A stretch of 64,000 nucleotides of DNA from Octopus sinensis. Its lineage: Eukaryota. The stretch spans positions 66,650,001 to 66,714,000 of the forward strand of contig NC_043007.1 of assembly GCF_006345805.1 (NCBI RefSeq), given 5' to 3'. A program made the translations under genes and the position numbers. This document shows positions 13,693 through 25,995 of the stretch, piece by piece. The notes under the pieces are model-generated. The model worked only from the letters and a program-made list of their open reading frames with translations. It was not told the origin of the DNA and searched no databases. Each line of letters begins with the position of its first letter. The stretch's first letter is position 1.

Positions 13693-14730
13693 AGAAGCAA
13701 AAAAAAAGAAGAGTGCCATTTTTATCAAGTGAACGGTATTTCGGCATCTAGCATGTCTTCCATTCATATTGAATTTCTTCCTTGTTCTTCTGTCTAGCTT
13801 TGCTTGTTCAGTTTTGCCGAATCTACAAATGCTACTGAGTATCTAAGTAATGATACTGCCCAAATATTTACAGCTTTTACTAGATTCGGGCCATTTACGT
13901 TGACTTCATTAGCTTCTTCACCCTTCTGATTATAGGCTTTCCTATAATCTATGCATGCTATCTTTCTTGCTTTTACTTCGTTTAGAACTGCTTTGTCTAT
14001 GTATAATAAATCGTGCGTTCCTCTCGCTTTCTTCCTGCAAACTTTCTGTTCTTCTGACAGGTGCTCGTAAATGCTTTTTGAAAGCATTCTTGTTAACAGG
14101 TTCCGCACTAATGGTAAGCAAGTGATTGGTCTATAGTTGCTAGCTGTATTACTTTTGCTCTTTCATAATGAGTATTGTCCGCCCTCTAGTCATCCAATCT
14201 GGTATTATTCCTCCATTAAGGCAATCTAGAAGTTGTTCCTTCAGCCTCTCATGTAAACTACTAAATTTCTTTAGCTAGTACCCTTGAACTAAATCTAGTC
14301 CAAGGCCCATCCAATTCGGCATTTTTCTTAGCACTTTACTCATTAATGGATTAATTAGTCTTAGATCTGGCTGCTTCTCACTCTCTACTTCTTTCCTCAC
14401 TTTCTTTAACCATACTGAATTTTCATTATGATTGACTGGCTTACCCAAATATTACTCCAGAACTTTCTAGCTTCTTCTGCATTAGGTTTCCCCTCTTCAG
14501 TACTTTTCTCTCCGCTATTTATTTGGTTATAAAATCACCTCTGGGCTCTCTTAAATAATCTATTCTGTTGATACTGATCTATTCTTTTCTGATATCTGGA
14601 GAGCTTGCCTGCTACTGCTATGTTACGCTGTTGCAACTCTTCTATAACTGTCCTAAATCCTATATCTTTGACTAAGTATCTGTTCTCAAGGGAAGATTTG
14701 CATTTGTGTTTCCTAACTTGTTCAGTTTCC
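13690..14730 (-). mobile_element. R4/Dong-like reverse transcriptase fragment with internal deletion
   Basis: NYRPITCLPL...EEQKVCRKKARGTHDLLYIDKAV...IDYRKAY is fused directly to NGPNLVKAVNIWAVSLLRYS; the central RT core is missing. Confidence 0.85.
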
Positions 14731-14804
14731 AGGTTTCAAATCTACTATTTACGTCTAGCCCAGCCCTAACATCAATATTTCACTTATGACTACCCTGTAG
14801 TTTT

Positions 14805-15240
14805 TAGACATAGCTGGAAGCATGGCTTTTTGGTATTAATCCTACTTCCCAAACACGGGTTCCTGGGTTCAGTTCCAACCTTCGGTTGGGTAAATCTCTT
14901 CCGCTATAACCAAGACCGACGTTAGCTGCATGAATGGATTTGGTAGACAGAATCTGAAAGAAATCTGTCGTATAATACATACATACATACACACATACGC
15001 ACGCACAAACACAGACGCGCACGCACACACACACACACACCACACACACACACACACACACACTGCTTGACAAAGCGTGTTGATTTGTTTATATTCCCGT
15101 AACTTAGCGGCTCGGCAAAAAGAAACGAATAAAAACCAAAAATAAATATTGGGGTCGATTTGTTTGACTAAACTCTTTAAATAGTTGCTCCAACATGGCC
15201 GAAATCCAATGAGTGAAACAAATGTAAGATAAAAGAACCA
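14805..15240 (+). mobile_element. Two adjacent SINE-like repeats separated by (CA)n
   Basis: 14805-14995 is a tRNA head plus ggatttggtagac; 15060-15240 belongs to the gcttgacaa...gtaacttagcgg family. Confidence 0.65.
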
Positions 15241-15379
15241 CAATATCCTGTATTCACTTTTAATCATATATTATATTATTTGAAGATTTGGCTGCTATTT
15301 CTAACAAACAGGTCGAGCAACCGGATAGAGAATTCCTTCGGTGGTTCGTTGACTCCGAAGACTTATATATGATATATGA

Positions 15380-15421
<42 letters not shown>

Positions 15422-17009
15422 AGAATATGACCGTACGTGAGGATTTTCGGCGACATTTCTCCTCTTGTACAACAGCGTCCGGTCGCATCCCAACATAACA
15501 TAACATAACATGATATAATGTTATATATGCCATAATACATGTTTGTATGCAGTGCCAGAGTAGATGAATAAAGGACGCCAAAAACCGTTCTACTTTTATA
15601 AAGAGAAGATAGATTTTATTCACAGTGTACAAAGTGATTTGTTATCATTAGAGTAGTGTTGTGTCATGAATGCATGCTTATAATATTTGTGTCTGTGTGT
15701 TCGTGCGTGCGACAAAAGTGCAGAATAAGGTTTATGCAAATACAACAGAGCATGAGAGGAGTCTCAACATTTTGAGTTAAAATGAAGTTATTTTACCAGT
15801 TCATGTAGTACACGATAATGAGTTCTATACAAGATTTGAGTCTCAGAGCTGAGATTAGTTGAGTCACTTGTTGTGCATATTTTTCTCTTGTCATAGATAT
15901 TCTTTCAGATATATATACTGCAACTGTTTTTCCGTGGTGAGATTTTCACACTAACAGCATGAGTTGAATCTGTATTTATTTTGTTGTGTACAAGTTGAAA
16001 TCTTCGTAGATGGAGACGATGTTGGTGATGACGTTATGTCTGTCGCTGGTTTACAATAGCGTCTTCATATTATGGTTGGCTTGGCTGTCATCTGCCTTTC
16101 GAACTGGAACATGGTTGAGTAAGCTCTGTGTGGCCTCCGATCAAGACCTCGCATTGGAAACAGACATAAGATTGGTTAGATATAGTAATGTTTGATAACT
16201 GGCACTATTGCGACCCAGAGCCAGGCAAACTAGTATGTAATAATGGTCAGTACAGCATTCTCTATGACTATACAATATAATCAATACAGCAGTTACTGCA
16301 AACAAACCAGACATAATTATTAAAACCTACAAACGAAATCTGTCACTAAGGAGATATATCTGTTCCACTAGATATAATCCCTATACGAGACAACGAGGAA
16401 TCCACACTGTAGTTGGTACAAAAAGAAATTAGAGCGCTCTAGTCTTCACTAAAGAAGGATAAACTGTACAATGAGATCCGGAAAGAAGACATGATGACAT
16501 GGTCGTTGTCGAAACGTCTTTGATCATAAGTCTGTTCCGGTTTCATTTGGGAACAAGACAATAATGAATGCACAGAATATAAAACGGAAATACATATATT
16601 AGTAAATAGAATTATCGAAAATGTGGGAAATAAAATCATAAATGATCTGTTATACTTTAATAGAATATTTATATAACTCTGAAATCAGGTAACATAAGAC
16701 ATTTTATGACTGCATATTTCTATGATATTAATTATTTTATCATATAAACTATACCATTATACAAAGATATATATATATATATTAAAAAGGCGTCCAGAAT
16801 ATATCCGAATATATTCAGTTTTATACGAAGATAACAAGGATGGTTCGAATTATACATAATTTAAAACACAGAATCAATTTTAACATTTTTATATAACGAC
16901 TCAGATAGCAATGCAGTCAGTCACAAAGCTATTGATCCTAATTACTTAACGCCGGAAATGAATTACTTCACACCGGAAATATACTGAGATATGCAGTTCG
17001 CTTTATATG

Positions 17010-17060
<51 letters not shown>

Positions 17061-17080
17061 ATGCATATATATGTGTATGC

Positions 17081-17197
<117 letters not shown>

Positions 17198-17439
17198 ATA
17201 TACATATTTACATATGCACGCACACACGTACACGCACACAGGTGTTATAATGAATATATGTGTGCTTGTACCAGTGCTTGTCTGTCTGTACGTGTCTATG
17301 ACAGTGTATTTCTACGTAGGGTGTGTAAATATGGGAGTATACATATGTAAATGATTAATATACTAAAAGACAATCTGAAAAACTAGGAACTGCTGTTATT
17401 ATGTTTAGTTTATTAACACTATTATCATTATCATTGTCT

Positions 17440-17725
17440 TTATTATTGCCCTTGCACAGCTTCTAACGCTGGACATGTACTAAGTTAACACCTCTTATTT
17501 TTCGAGCAACTTCCGGTGTATTCGAGCGGTTCCAAGCAATGCTGTTTTCTGCAAGTGCTCCACCCTTATTGCAGCCCCTATTTGTTCCACGTACTTCTCG
17601 AGATTTTTGTTCACTCTTCCCAGGGCTCCGACAATTATTGGTACTTCTGCTACTTTTTTCATCGACCACAACTGCTTAACTTCCCAAGCTAACCTGTAAT
17701 ATATATCGACTTTTCTTTCTTCCTA
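17440..17725 (-). mobile_element. R4/Dong-like 3' end
   Basis: Reverse complement of the family at 31362-31735 (LAWEVKQLWSMKKVA.VPIIVGALG); TAA-like tail. Confidence 0.85.
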
Positions 17726-17759
17726 TTATTTTTATTATTATTAATTATTATTATTATTA

Positions 17760-17819
<60 letters not shown>

Positions 17820-17820
<1 letters not shown>

Positions 17821-18015
17821 AGCGGCGAGCTGGCACAATTGTTAATACGCTGACGAAATACTTAGTGTTATTTTGCCCGTCGTTACATTCTGAGTTGAAA
17901 TTCCGACGAGGTCAACTTTGTCTTTCATTCTATCGGGATCGATAAATCAAGTACAGTGAAACACTGGGGCCGATGTAATTGACTTTTCCTCTCCACTAAA
18001 ATGGCTGTCCTTGAA
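17820..18015 (+). mobile_element. tRNA-derived SINE (abundant gcggcgagctggc family)
   Basis: gcggcgagctggc...ctgagttgaaattcc...ctttcattctatcgggatcgataaa. Confidence 0.75.
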
Positions 18016-18149
18016 GTAAAACTTGGAACCATTAGTATTACTGTCATCATTATTGTTGTTGTTGTCATTATTATTATCATTAGTAGTAGTAGTAGAAGTA
18101 GTAGTAGAAGTAGTAGTAGTTGTTGTAATAGTAGCATCAGCATCAGTAT

Positions 18150-18202
<53 letters not shown>

Positions 18203-18278
18203 ATAGTAGTAGTAGTAGTAGTAGTGGTGGTAGCATTCTTATTGGTATTGTGGATTATATTACATACGCAGTTGCTAT

Positions 18279-18324
<46 letters not shown>

Positions 18325-18669
18325 TATATACGTGTGTGTGTGTGTGTAGAAATATATTTATGTGTGTGTTGTGTGTGTGTGTGCGTGCGTGTGTGTAAGA
18401 GTTTGTATGCGTGCCTGTGTGAGAGAGAGGAGGCATGTAATGTATATATGTACATGAGTAGGAGGGATAAGAGAGAAATAACAGCTATCGCATACACACA
18501 AACACTGAGGAGTGGCAACATCATCGAAATATCGTTGTCCAATAGTCCTCGTAAAGGAATGTCTCTCCGATATCTGTTACATCTTCCCTTTCTTACTCAT
18601 GCAAATATATACATTATATCCTGATGTGCCTCCTCTCCCTCACACGCGAACATACACAAGCAAACGCAC

Positions 18670-18792
18670 CCCCTGCCGGAGCCTCGTGGAGTTTTATCAG
18701 GCGTTTTCGCTTAATAAACACACAACGCCCGGTCTGGGAATCGAAACTACCATCCTCCGCTGCCCTAACCACTGGGCCATTGCGCCTCCAAC
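18670..18792 (-). mobile_element. SINE head fragment
   Basis: Matches the head of the 3884-4430 SINE. Confidence 0.65.
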
Positions 18793-19278
18793 ACTTACAG
18801 CAAAGTGTATGAATTTATAGTTTAATCATGCACACTACAACCTGCATTCAGTGACTCGGCTGCTTGTACTTGGAACATTAGTACGGAAGAAGAACAATAT
18901 TGTATTTGGATATGCAAACAGTGTACGAGAAATTTTATTCCTTTTCACTGTTATGCATTCAAACCCATTTCACAGCGTTCTCCCGTCTACGATTTGTACT
19001 AGACTTTCCATGTGCATTTATGTAGCTATGCAGCTGTGCATGCTATTCTCTAGCATTATTGTTTACCTGTTCCGTTTGTGTCAAGTCATTTCTGTGTGTC
19101 GCTGAGAAATTGGCTCGTAATTAGATACTCCTAATTAATGGTTCTACATGTATTTCGTCGTTGAATTTGTTTGGATTGCCCACACTGGTGTTCCAGGTAA
19201 GAGACAATGTTTATGCACAGACAAACACGCACTTACATGTAAGTACACATATATACATACATGTATATACATCCATGC

Positions 19279-19401
<123 letters not shown>

Positions 19402-19487
19402 TACATGCATATATACATGTGTGTATATATGTGTGTGTGTATATATATACATATATATATATATATTATATATATATATATATATAT

Positions 19488-19920
19488 AGCGTGCAATGTC
19501 TAAACTGTCGCCATTTTATATTTGTAATTTCGCACATGCGTATTGTTTGTTTCTGATTTTGTCGACTACACCATATAGTAGGGTCAGTTGGGCATTATCT
19601 GTAAGAAAAACAGAACCATAACGCAATTCAATCTACCAGAAATCTTGAAACGACATGCTGTACTACTTGGCATTCGCGCTTGAAGCTCCAATACGAATAT
19701 TTCAGAGTGTTTGGGTGTCATTCTAAGAACTGTGCATGTACCGAGAGTGATAAAAATCAAACATCCAGTCAACATTATGGTGTTTGGAGTGATCTCTTAT
19801 GATGGCGACGTTATGCCTCCATTTATCTTCGCACACAGCCTCAGACCCAACACGGAGGCCTAGATCAAGTGCCTGGAAGAAGTATAGCTGCCCTGGGTCA
19901 AGATGGTGGCTACTGGAACA
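19488..19920 (+). mobile_element. Internally deleted Tc1/maT-like DNA transposon, 5' part
   Basis: KRHAVLLGIRA..SNTNISECLGVILRTV is joined to HVPRVIKIKHPVNIMVFGVISYDGDVMPPFIF. Confidence 0.8.
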
Positions 19921-20137
19921 TACTGCGTTTTACTCTTTCACCACAGCTTTCTCTCACTCTTTTTTTCTACTTCTTCCACAAAGCAGAGGAACCATGGTGT
20001 AACCCACTATGGTGTGGTAAACTTTTAGACCCTAGTCTAGATTGCTTCAGAAAGTGGTTTATGCATGTGATGGTTAGTTAGGGTGGGGGAGCTAAGAATG
20101 TGGTCTTGGAGTCAAGAGGGCAGCAGCCCGAAAATGA

Positions 20138-20285
20138 TTCTCTCTCTCCCTCTCTCTCTGTATTATCTCTTTCTTCTTCTCTCTCTCTCTCTCTCTGTAT
20201 TATCTCTTTCTTCCTCTTTCTTCCTCTCTCTCCCTCTCTCTCTGTATTATCTCTTTCTTTCTCTCCCTCTCCCTCTGTATTATGA
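20138..20285. repeat. Pyrimidine-rich minisatellite (~31-45 bp units containing ctctctgtattatctctttc), 4 units
   Basis: Direct reading; same unit as 22048-22470. Confidence 0.9.
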
Positions 20286-20559
20286 TTAGTAGAATGATTC
20301 TACTATATATTTGCCAAACCACTAAATTACGGGGCATAAACATACCAACACCGGTTTTCAAGCGGTTGGGCGGGGTGACAAGCACAGACATAAAGACACA
20401 CAAACGCATATTTGTGTGTATCTGTATGCGCGCGCCCGTATAGTTCGCAGATGCGATTCAGAGATTCTCCGTTTTGAAGACACTTAGTAGTGCTTGAAGC
20501 ATTCAAACTTAAGCTCCGATCTCTTCATAGGGGGTCAATCCACAAGGTAAAGAAAAGCG

Positions 20560-21100
20560 ATAAGGGGGATCAATTTGAGCGGGTATAGAGGCAATTATGT
20601 GGATAAACAAATTAGATACATCAAATATATCAAATATATTCTTTTCTACTCTAAGCACAAGGCCCGAAATTTTGATGGAGTGGACCAGTCGATTCGATCT
20701 AACCTAGTACGTAAATGGTATTTAATTTATCGACCCCGAAAGATATATTAAATATATTAATTAGGGTATATTAATTAGTGTGTGAAATGCAAAATATGCG
20801 TATGTAATATATTTAATATATTTAGTATATTTGATGTATCTAATTTGTTTATCCGCATAATTGCCTAGAAATTCAATATTTCTTATTTTGATAATCAGTG
20901 AATAAACTTCACTGAATATAGATATATACAATTACGAAGTCGAGGCAAGTATCACCGGCTGACCGGTGTCTGCTACTCTAGGCCGATGAAGGACAACGAT
21001 CCTGAAACACGGTGTCCCTAGATGCAGTTCCGGCAGCCGGGGGTGTTTGTCTCCCCTTCGTATATGTATATAAGGACACAGGGAAAAAATGTGTCAAAGC
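20560..21100 (+). mobile_element. Penelope-like terminal region with inverted repeat (20589-20640 / 20815-20866), an inserted SINE fragment and a degenerate hammerhead
   Basis: aggcaattatgtggataaacaaattagatacatcaaatata and its reverse complement; hammerhead-like motif at 20977-21021. Confidence 0.5.
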
Positions 21101-21539
21101 TATCAGGAGGCGTTCGATGCTTCCTAGGGCTATACAGCGGTAGTGTACCCCCTACTGTCACGTTCTTGTTAGATTGACAGTATACAACCATTCTATATGT
21201 ATATTATTATATATATATGAGATAGTACTTATCGCCATTTTAACGTGGGTGTTCTTTTAGAACAGACTATACTGCTATTTCAACTCCAGGAAGACATCTC
21301 CTCCAGCTGGTTTTCAATGCGCTTTTGCATTCGATATTTATTGCAAGCGGAAGAGAACTCCTGCCACCCTAGCCCAGAGACAACCAGATCACATGATTTT
21401 GATCTTATGGGATCACTTCACTGGTGGCCACTCGTTTGCCAGGCATGACATTAGTTTGACCTCTCTTGCAATATATAGAAAATACAGTGTCATACAATCA
21501 CTAATCTTGTAACTAGCAAACTAGTCCGCTACACACACA

Positions 21540-21540
21540 C

Positions 21541-21639
<99 letters not shown>

Positions 21640-21800
21640 CAGATAATGTATGCATGTATATACTGGAGGAGCTTCTTTCAGTTACCGTCTAGAAAAATGC
21701 ATTTACAAATCTTCGTCAACTCCGACTTGTAGAAGACACTTGCTCGAGGTGCTACGCTGTGGGTCAGAACCGGAAGCTATGTGGCTGGGAAAACAAACTT
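21540..21800 (-). mobile_element. (GATA)n array followed by a SINE at 21660-21800
   Basis: Direct reading; gcttctttcagttaccgtc...gaagacacttgctcgagg. Confidence 0.65.
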
Positions 21801-22047
21801 CTTACCACACAGCCCTGCCAGTGTAAAATAAGAAAACAGAAAGTAAACTTGGCTTGTTTTATTTGTGGGGAGAGTGTTTTTGGGAAGCGGGATGAAGTCG
21901 TTCAAGTGAGACGTTTGTATAGAACATCATCTTGTGAAAGTGGTTACTGAACTACACAAGCGAAAGAACCTGTTCTTGAGACTGTAGGACTTTGCACTGC
22001 TTTGAGGAAATTCGGCCTCTGTTTTTTTTTGTTGTTTTTTTTCTTAC

Positions 22048-22470
22048 AGCTCTCTCCCTCTCTCTCTCTCTGTATTATATTTGTCTTCCTCTCTCTCCCT
22101 CTCTCTCTGTATTATCTCTTTCTTCCTCTCTGTCTCTCTCTCTGTATTATCTTTCTTCTTCTCTCTCCCTCTCTCTCTGTATTATCTCATTCATCCTCTC
22201 TCTCCCTCTCTCTCTGTATTATCTCTTTCTCCCTCTCTCTCCCTCTCTCTGTATTATCTCTTTCTTCCTCTTTCTTCCTCTCTCTCCCTCTCTCTCTGTA
22301 TTATCTCTTTCTTTTTCTCTCTCTCTCTCTCTCTGTATTATCTCTTTCTTCCTCTTTCTTCGCCTCTCTCCCTCTCTGTCTGTATTATCTCTTTCTTCCT
22401 CTCTCTCCCTCTCCCTCTGTATTATCTCTTTCTTTCTCTCTCTCCCTCTCTATCTCCCTCTCCCTTTCTC
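22048..22470. repeat. Pyrimidine-rich minisatellite, about 10 units
   Basis: tgtattat anchor counted about 10 times within CT-rich spacers. Confidence 0.9.
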
Positions 22471-22866
22471 TTTGTCATGATGTGATGGTGCAGCTGTGCG
22501 TTGGATACTGAAAATCTGAAAAATATGAAAACGATTGCATACGTTTTGCGTAGAATGGAAGCTTGCCGTGATGTGCTGTTACTTTTATTGTCGTTGTTAC
22601 TGCTGCGGTTATATATCCCTTCACCGGCCCCTAATAAATAGATCAAACGCATTCCAATCGTGGCCGTTCTGCTTTTTTTTTTAGTAAAACATATCACAGA
22701 ATATATATATAAATGTGCGCACGTGTGTATGAGCATGTGCGAGGGTGTGGTGTATGTATACGTATGTGCGTATATATACATATACTTATATACATATATG
22801 TATATGTGCGTATATATACATATACTTATATACATATATATATATGTGCGTATATATACATATACT

Positions 22867-22932
<66 letters not shown>

Positions 22933-22939
22933 TATATAC

Positions 22940-22990
<51 letters not shown>

Positions 22991-22999
22991 TTATATATA

Positions 23000-23041
<42 letters not shown>

Positions 23042-24329
23042 AATGTATGTACATTTATTTATGCATAAACATATATATGTGTGCATGTGCATGTATACAT
23101 ATATATATATGTACGTAAATGTGAGAACTGGGCTTTTGTGGACACAAACCCAGTGCAGGGTATATACGTGTATAATCAAGTGTATAATCGATGGTGGATC
23201 TCCGTCGTTCGACGATGAGGATTCAGATGATCAATCAAATGAATTACCGCGTAAGTGGCTGAGCATTCCACAGACTCGGCTACCTTTATCGTAATACTCA
23301 AACAGATACGGTGTGATAAGGTTGCACCTATTTTTTTTAAATTAGAGATACAATTCACTCGAGAGCTTTTTATATAGTTTCCATCAGCACAATTTCATTT
23401 ACAGGGTATGAATCGATCCTAGATCTCTCTGGTCTTCTGTTTTAAAGACCAGGCATATATTCCCATATGCTCTTCCCCAGTTGATGGAGTACCCACTGTG
23501 CTATACTTTGGCCAGGGCTTCTTGTTGTTGCCCTGTTTTTTTTTTGTTTTTTTTGTTTTGTTTTTTTTTGGCAACAAGACAATAGTTTATTACTCTCCTC
23601 GTTACCACTTCCTTGATCTGTTGCAAAAGTCAGGAAATGTTGACCCTTGCAGCACGCCATCTTTACGTTCTATTTTTTTTTTTTTTTACAATCCAACTGC
23701 ATCTAGTTCTTCCTATTGATTAGAATTGATAGTAAAAATATTACCATTTCTATTAAACATTATAAGAAATATCATTACATTTTTACTCATTTGTAACAGA
23801 GTGTGAAATTATCTTTTTTTGATTTCTTTCTATTTATTTTTCTTAATAATTTTTCATAAATATTTTCATTGTACTTGGTCCCAAACTTGCTGTACGTTCA
23901 CATGGATCGTCTCGTATAAAACCAGCAAATAGAGCAGAGGGGTTTTCTTTCGGATCACTAAATTCTTAATGCCTTGTAAGTGTTGATAATCACTCATGAA
24001 GGACCTCCCTCCCATTTTCTTGCCTAATTCCTCACCTTAATCGTTCTTTTATTTATTCATTTATTTTTTGTGGATTCCCTTTCTTCTACAGTATTCATTT
24101 TCTCCTCCATCATTTCAAGCTGATGATATGGCACTGATAGTCATGCTTCCTTGTCGGCTCTGTGCTAAGGAAAAGACTCCTCAACTTCTTGATCCTCTAC
24201 TTTTTCCTGGGCCTTGCTGCTTGAGAACAAAGGTATCTTCTTTACTCTGACTATCCTACTAGTTATGTCCGTTTGTACTCTGTTATTGCTGTTTTATGTT
24301 TGGTGATAATTCCATAAAGATCACCGTCT

Positions 24330-25995
24330 CGAAACGGCAAAAATATATCAGGACGATAATATACCCGAATTTAGTCGACTTGTGATTGAGAAATAATTTT
24401 ACCGACTCCAGAAGGATAAAAAATAACAAACCTGACTTCTGTGGCATTCGAACAATGAGCACAAAGAATCACAACTAAAAACTACAATTTCATCAAACAC
24501 TCTTATTTTCAATATTGGATTCAAATTTTGGCACAAACCCAGCAATTTCAGGAGAGATGCTAAGTCGATTACATCGACTCAGTGATCAAATAGTACTCTA
24601 CGTTCTCATTTCAAATTCCGCCGAGGTTGACTTTGCCTTTCATCCTTTCGGGGTCGATTAAATAAGTACCAGTCGATTAAATAAGTACCAGTTACGCACT
24701 GGGGTCGATATAATCGACTTAATCCGTTTGTCTGTCCTTGTTTGTCCTCTCCGTGTTTAGCCCCTTGTGGGTAGTAAAGAAATAGGTATTTCGTCTGTCT
24801 TTACATTCTGAGTTCAAATTCCGCCGAGATTGACTTTGCCTTTCATCCTTTCGGGTTCGATAAATTAAGTACTAGTTGCGTACAAGGATCGATCTAATCG
24901 ACTGACCCCCTCCCCAAAAATTTCGAGCCTTGTGCCTAGAGTAGAAAAGAATTCTCAGAAGGCGGCGACCTTGCAGAAACGTTAACACCCCGAGTGAAAA
25001 AGGCTTAGCTGTATTTCGTCTGTCTTTACGTTCCGAGTTCCTCAGAGGTCACCTTTGCCTTTCATCCTTTCGGGGTCGATAAATTAAGTACCAGTTATGC
25101 ACTGGGGGTCGATGTAATCGACTTAATCTCTTTGTCTGTCTTTTTTTGTCCCCACTATGTTTAGCCCCTTGTGGTTAATAAAGAAATAAGAAACGTTAAC
25201 ACCCCGAGCGGAATGCTTAGCTGTATTTCGTCAGCCTTTACGTTCTGAGTTCAAATTCCTCAGAGGTCAACTTTGCCTTCCATCCTTTCCGGGTCGATAA
25301 ATTGAGTACCAGTTGCGTACTGGCGTCGATCTAATCCCCCAAAATTCAGGCCTTGTGACAAGAGTGGAAAAGAATATTTCAATTCTCAGAAATTTGATTC
25401 TATTTTTCTGACTAATAATTCTTTCTTGTACTTATTTAATTGACCCCGAAAGGATGAGAGGCAAAGTCGACCTCGGTGGCATTTGAGCTCACATCGTAGA
25501 GACTTACGAAATGCCGCAATGCATTTTGCCCGGCGTACTAACGATTCTGCCAGCTCGCCACGTTATCTTCCTGACTAATAATTCTTTCTACTATAGGCAC
25601 AAAGCCTGGTTTTATGTGGGACTGGGCACAATCAATCATGACCCCAGTGCTTGACTGGTACTTAATTTATCGATCCCGAAAGGATGAAAGCAAAATCGAC
25701 CTCGGCAGAATCTCAACTCAGAATGTAGCGACAGGCGAAATTCCTATTTCTTTACTACCCACAAGGGGCTAAACACAGAGAGCACAAACAAGGACACACA
25801 AACGGATTAAGTCGATTATATCGACCCCAGTGCGTAACTGGTACTTATTTAATTGACCCTGAAAGGATGAAAGGCAACGTCAACCTCGGCGGAATTTGAA
25901 CTCAGAACGTAGCAGTAGACGAAATACGGCTACGCATTTCGCCCGGCGTGCTAACGTTTCTGCCAGCTCGCCTCCTTATTTTCATGACTAATAAT
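24330..25995. mobile_element. Dense cluster of at least 8 SINE units (plus strand 24605-25385, minus strand 25405-25975, minus fragments 24330-24600)
   Basis: Repeated ctttgcctttcatcctttcggggtcgataaattaagtacc core on both strands. Confidence 0.85.

Noticed and set aside
16486-16520. Hammerhead-like string agacatgatgaca...tgtcgaaacgtctt (also 28128-28155 and ~46530 on the minus strand)
   Set aside because: The core or stem II register is broken in more than one place; too degenerate to call.
18835-19005. Peptide DSAACTWNISTEEEQYCIWI, vaguely CUB-like
   Set aside because: Only a C-x-W-x-I match; no convincing splice sites and the remaining CUB residues are absent.
22048-22470. Regularly spaced repeats suggestive of a CRISPR-like array
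   Set aside because: The spacers are low-complexity CT variants of one another, and the context is eukaryotic with no cas genes.
23185-23300. Acidic peptide IDGGSPSFDDEDSDDQSNELP followed by GTAAGT, resembling an exon
   Set aside because: The sequence matches the SINE body seen at 61838-61990 (gtggctgagcattccacagac), so the donor-like site is repeat-derived.
23400-24320. Possible RT remnants (GVLQGS-like) on the minus strand
   Set aside because: Only one short motif amid stops; the family could not be assigned.
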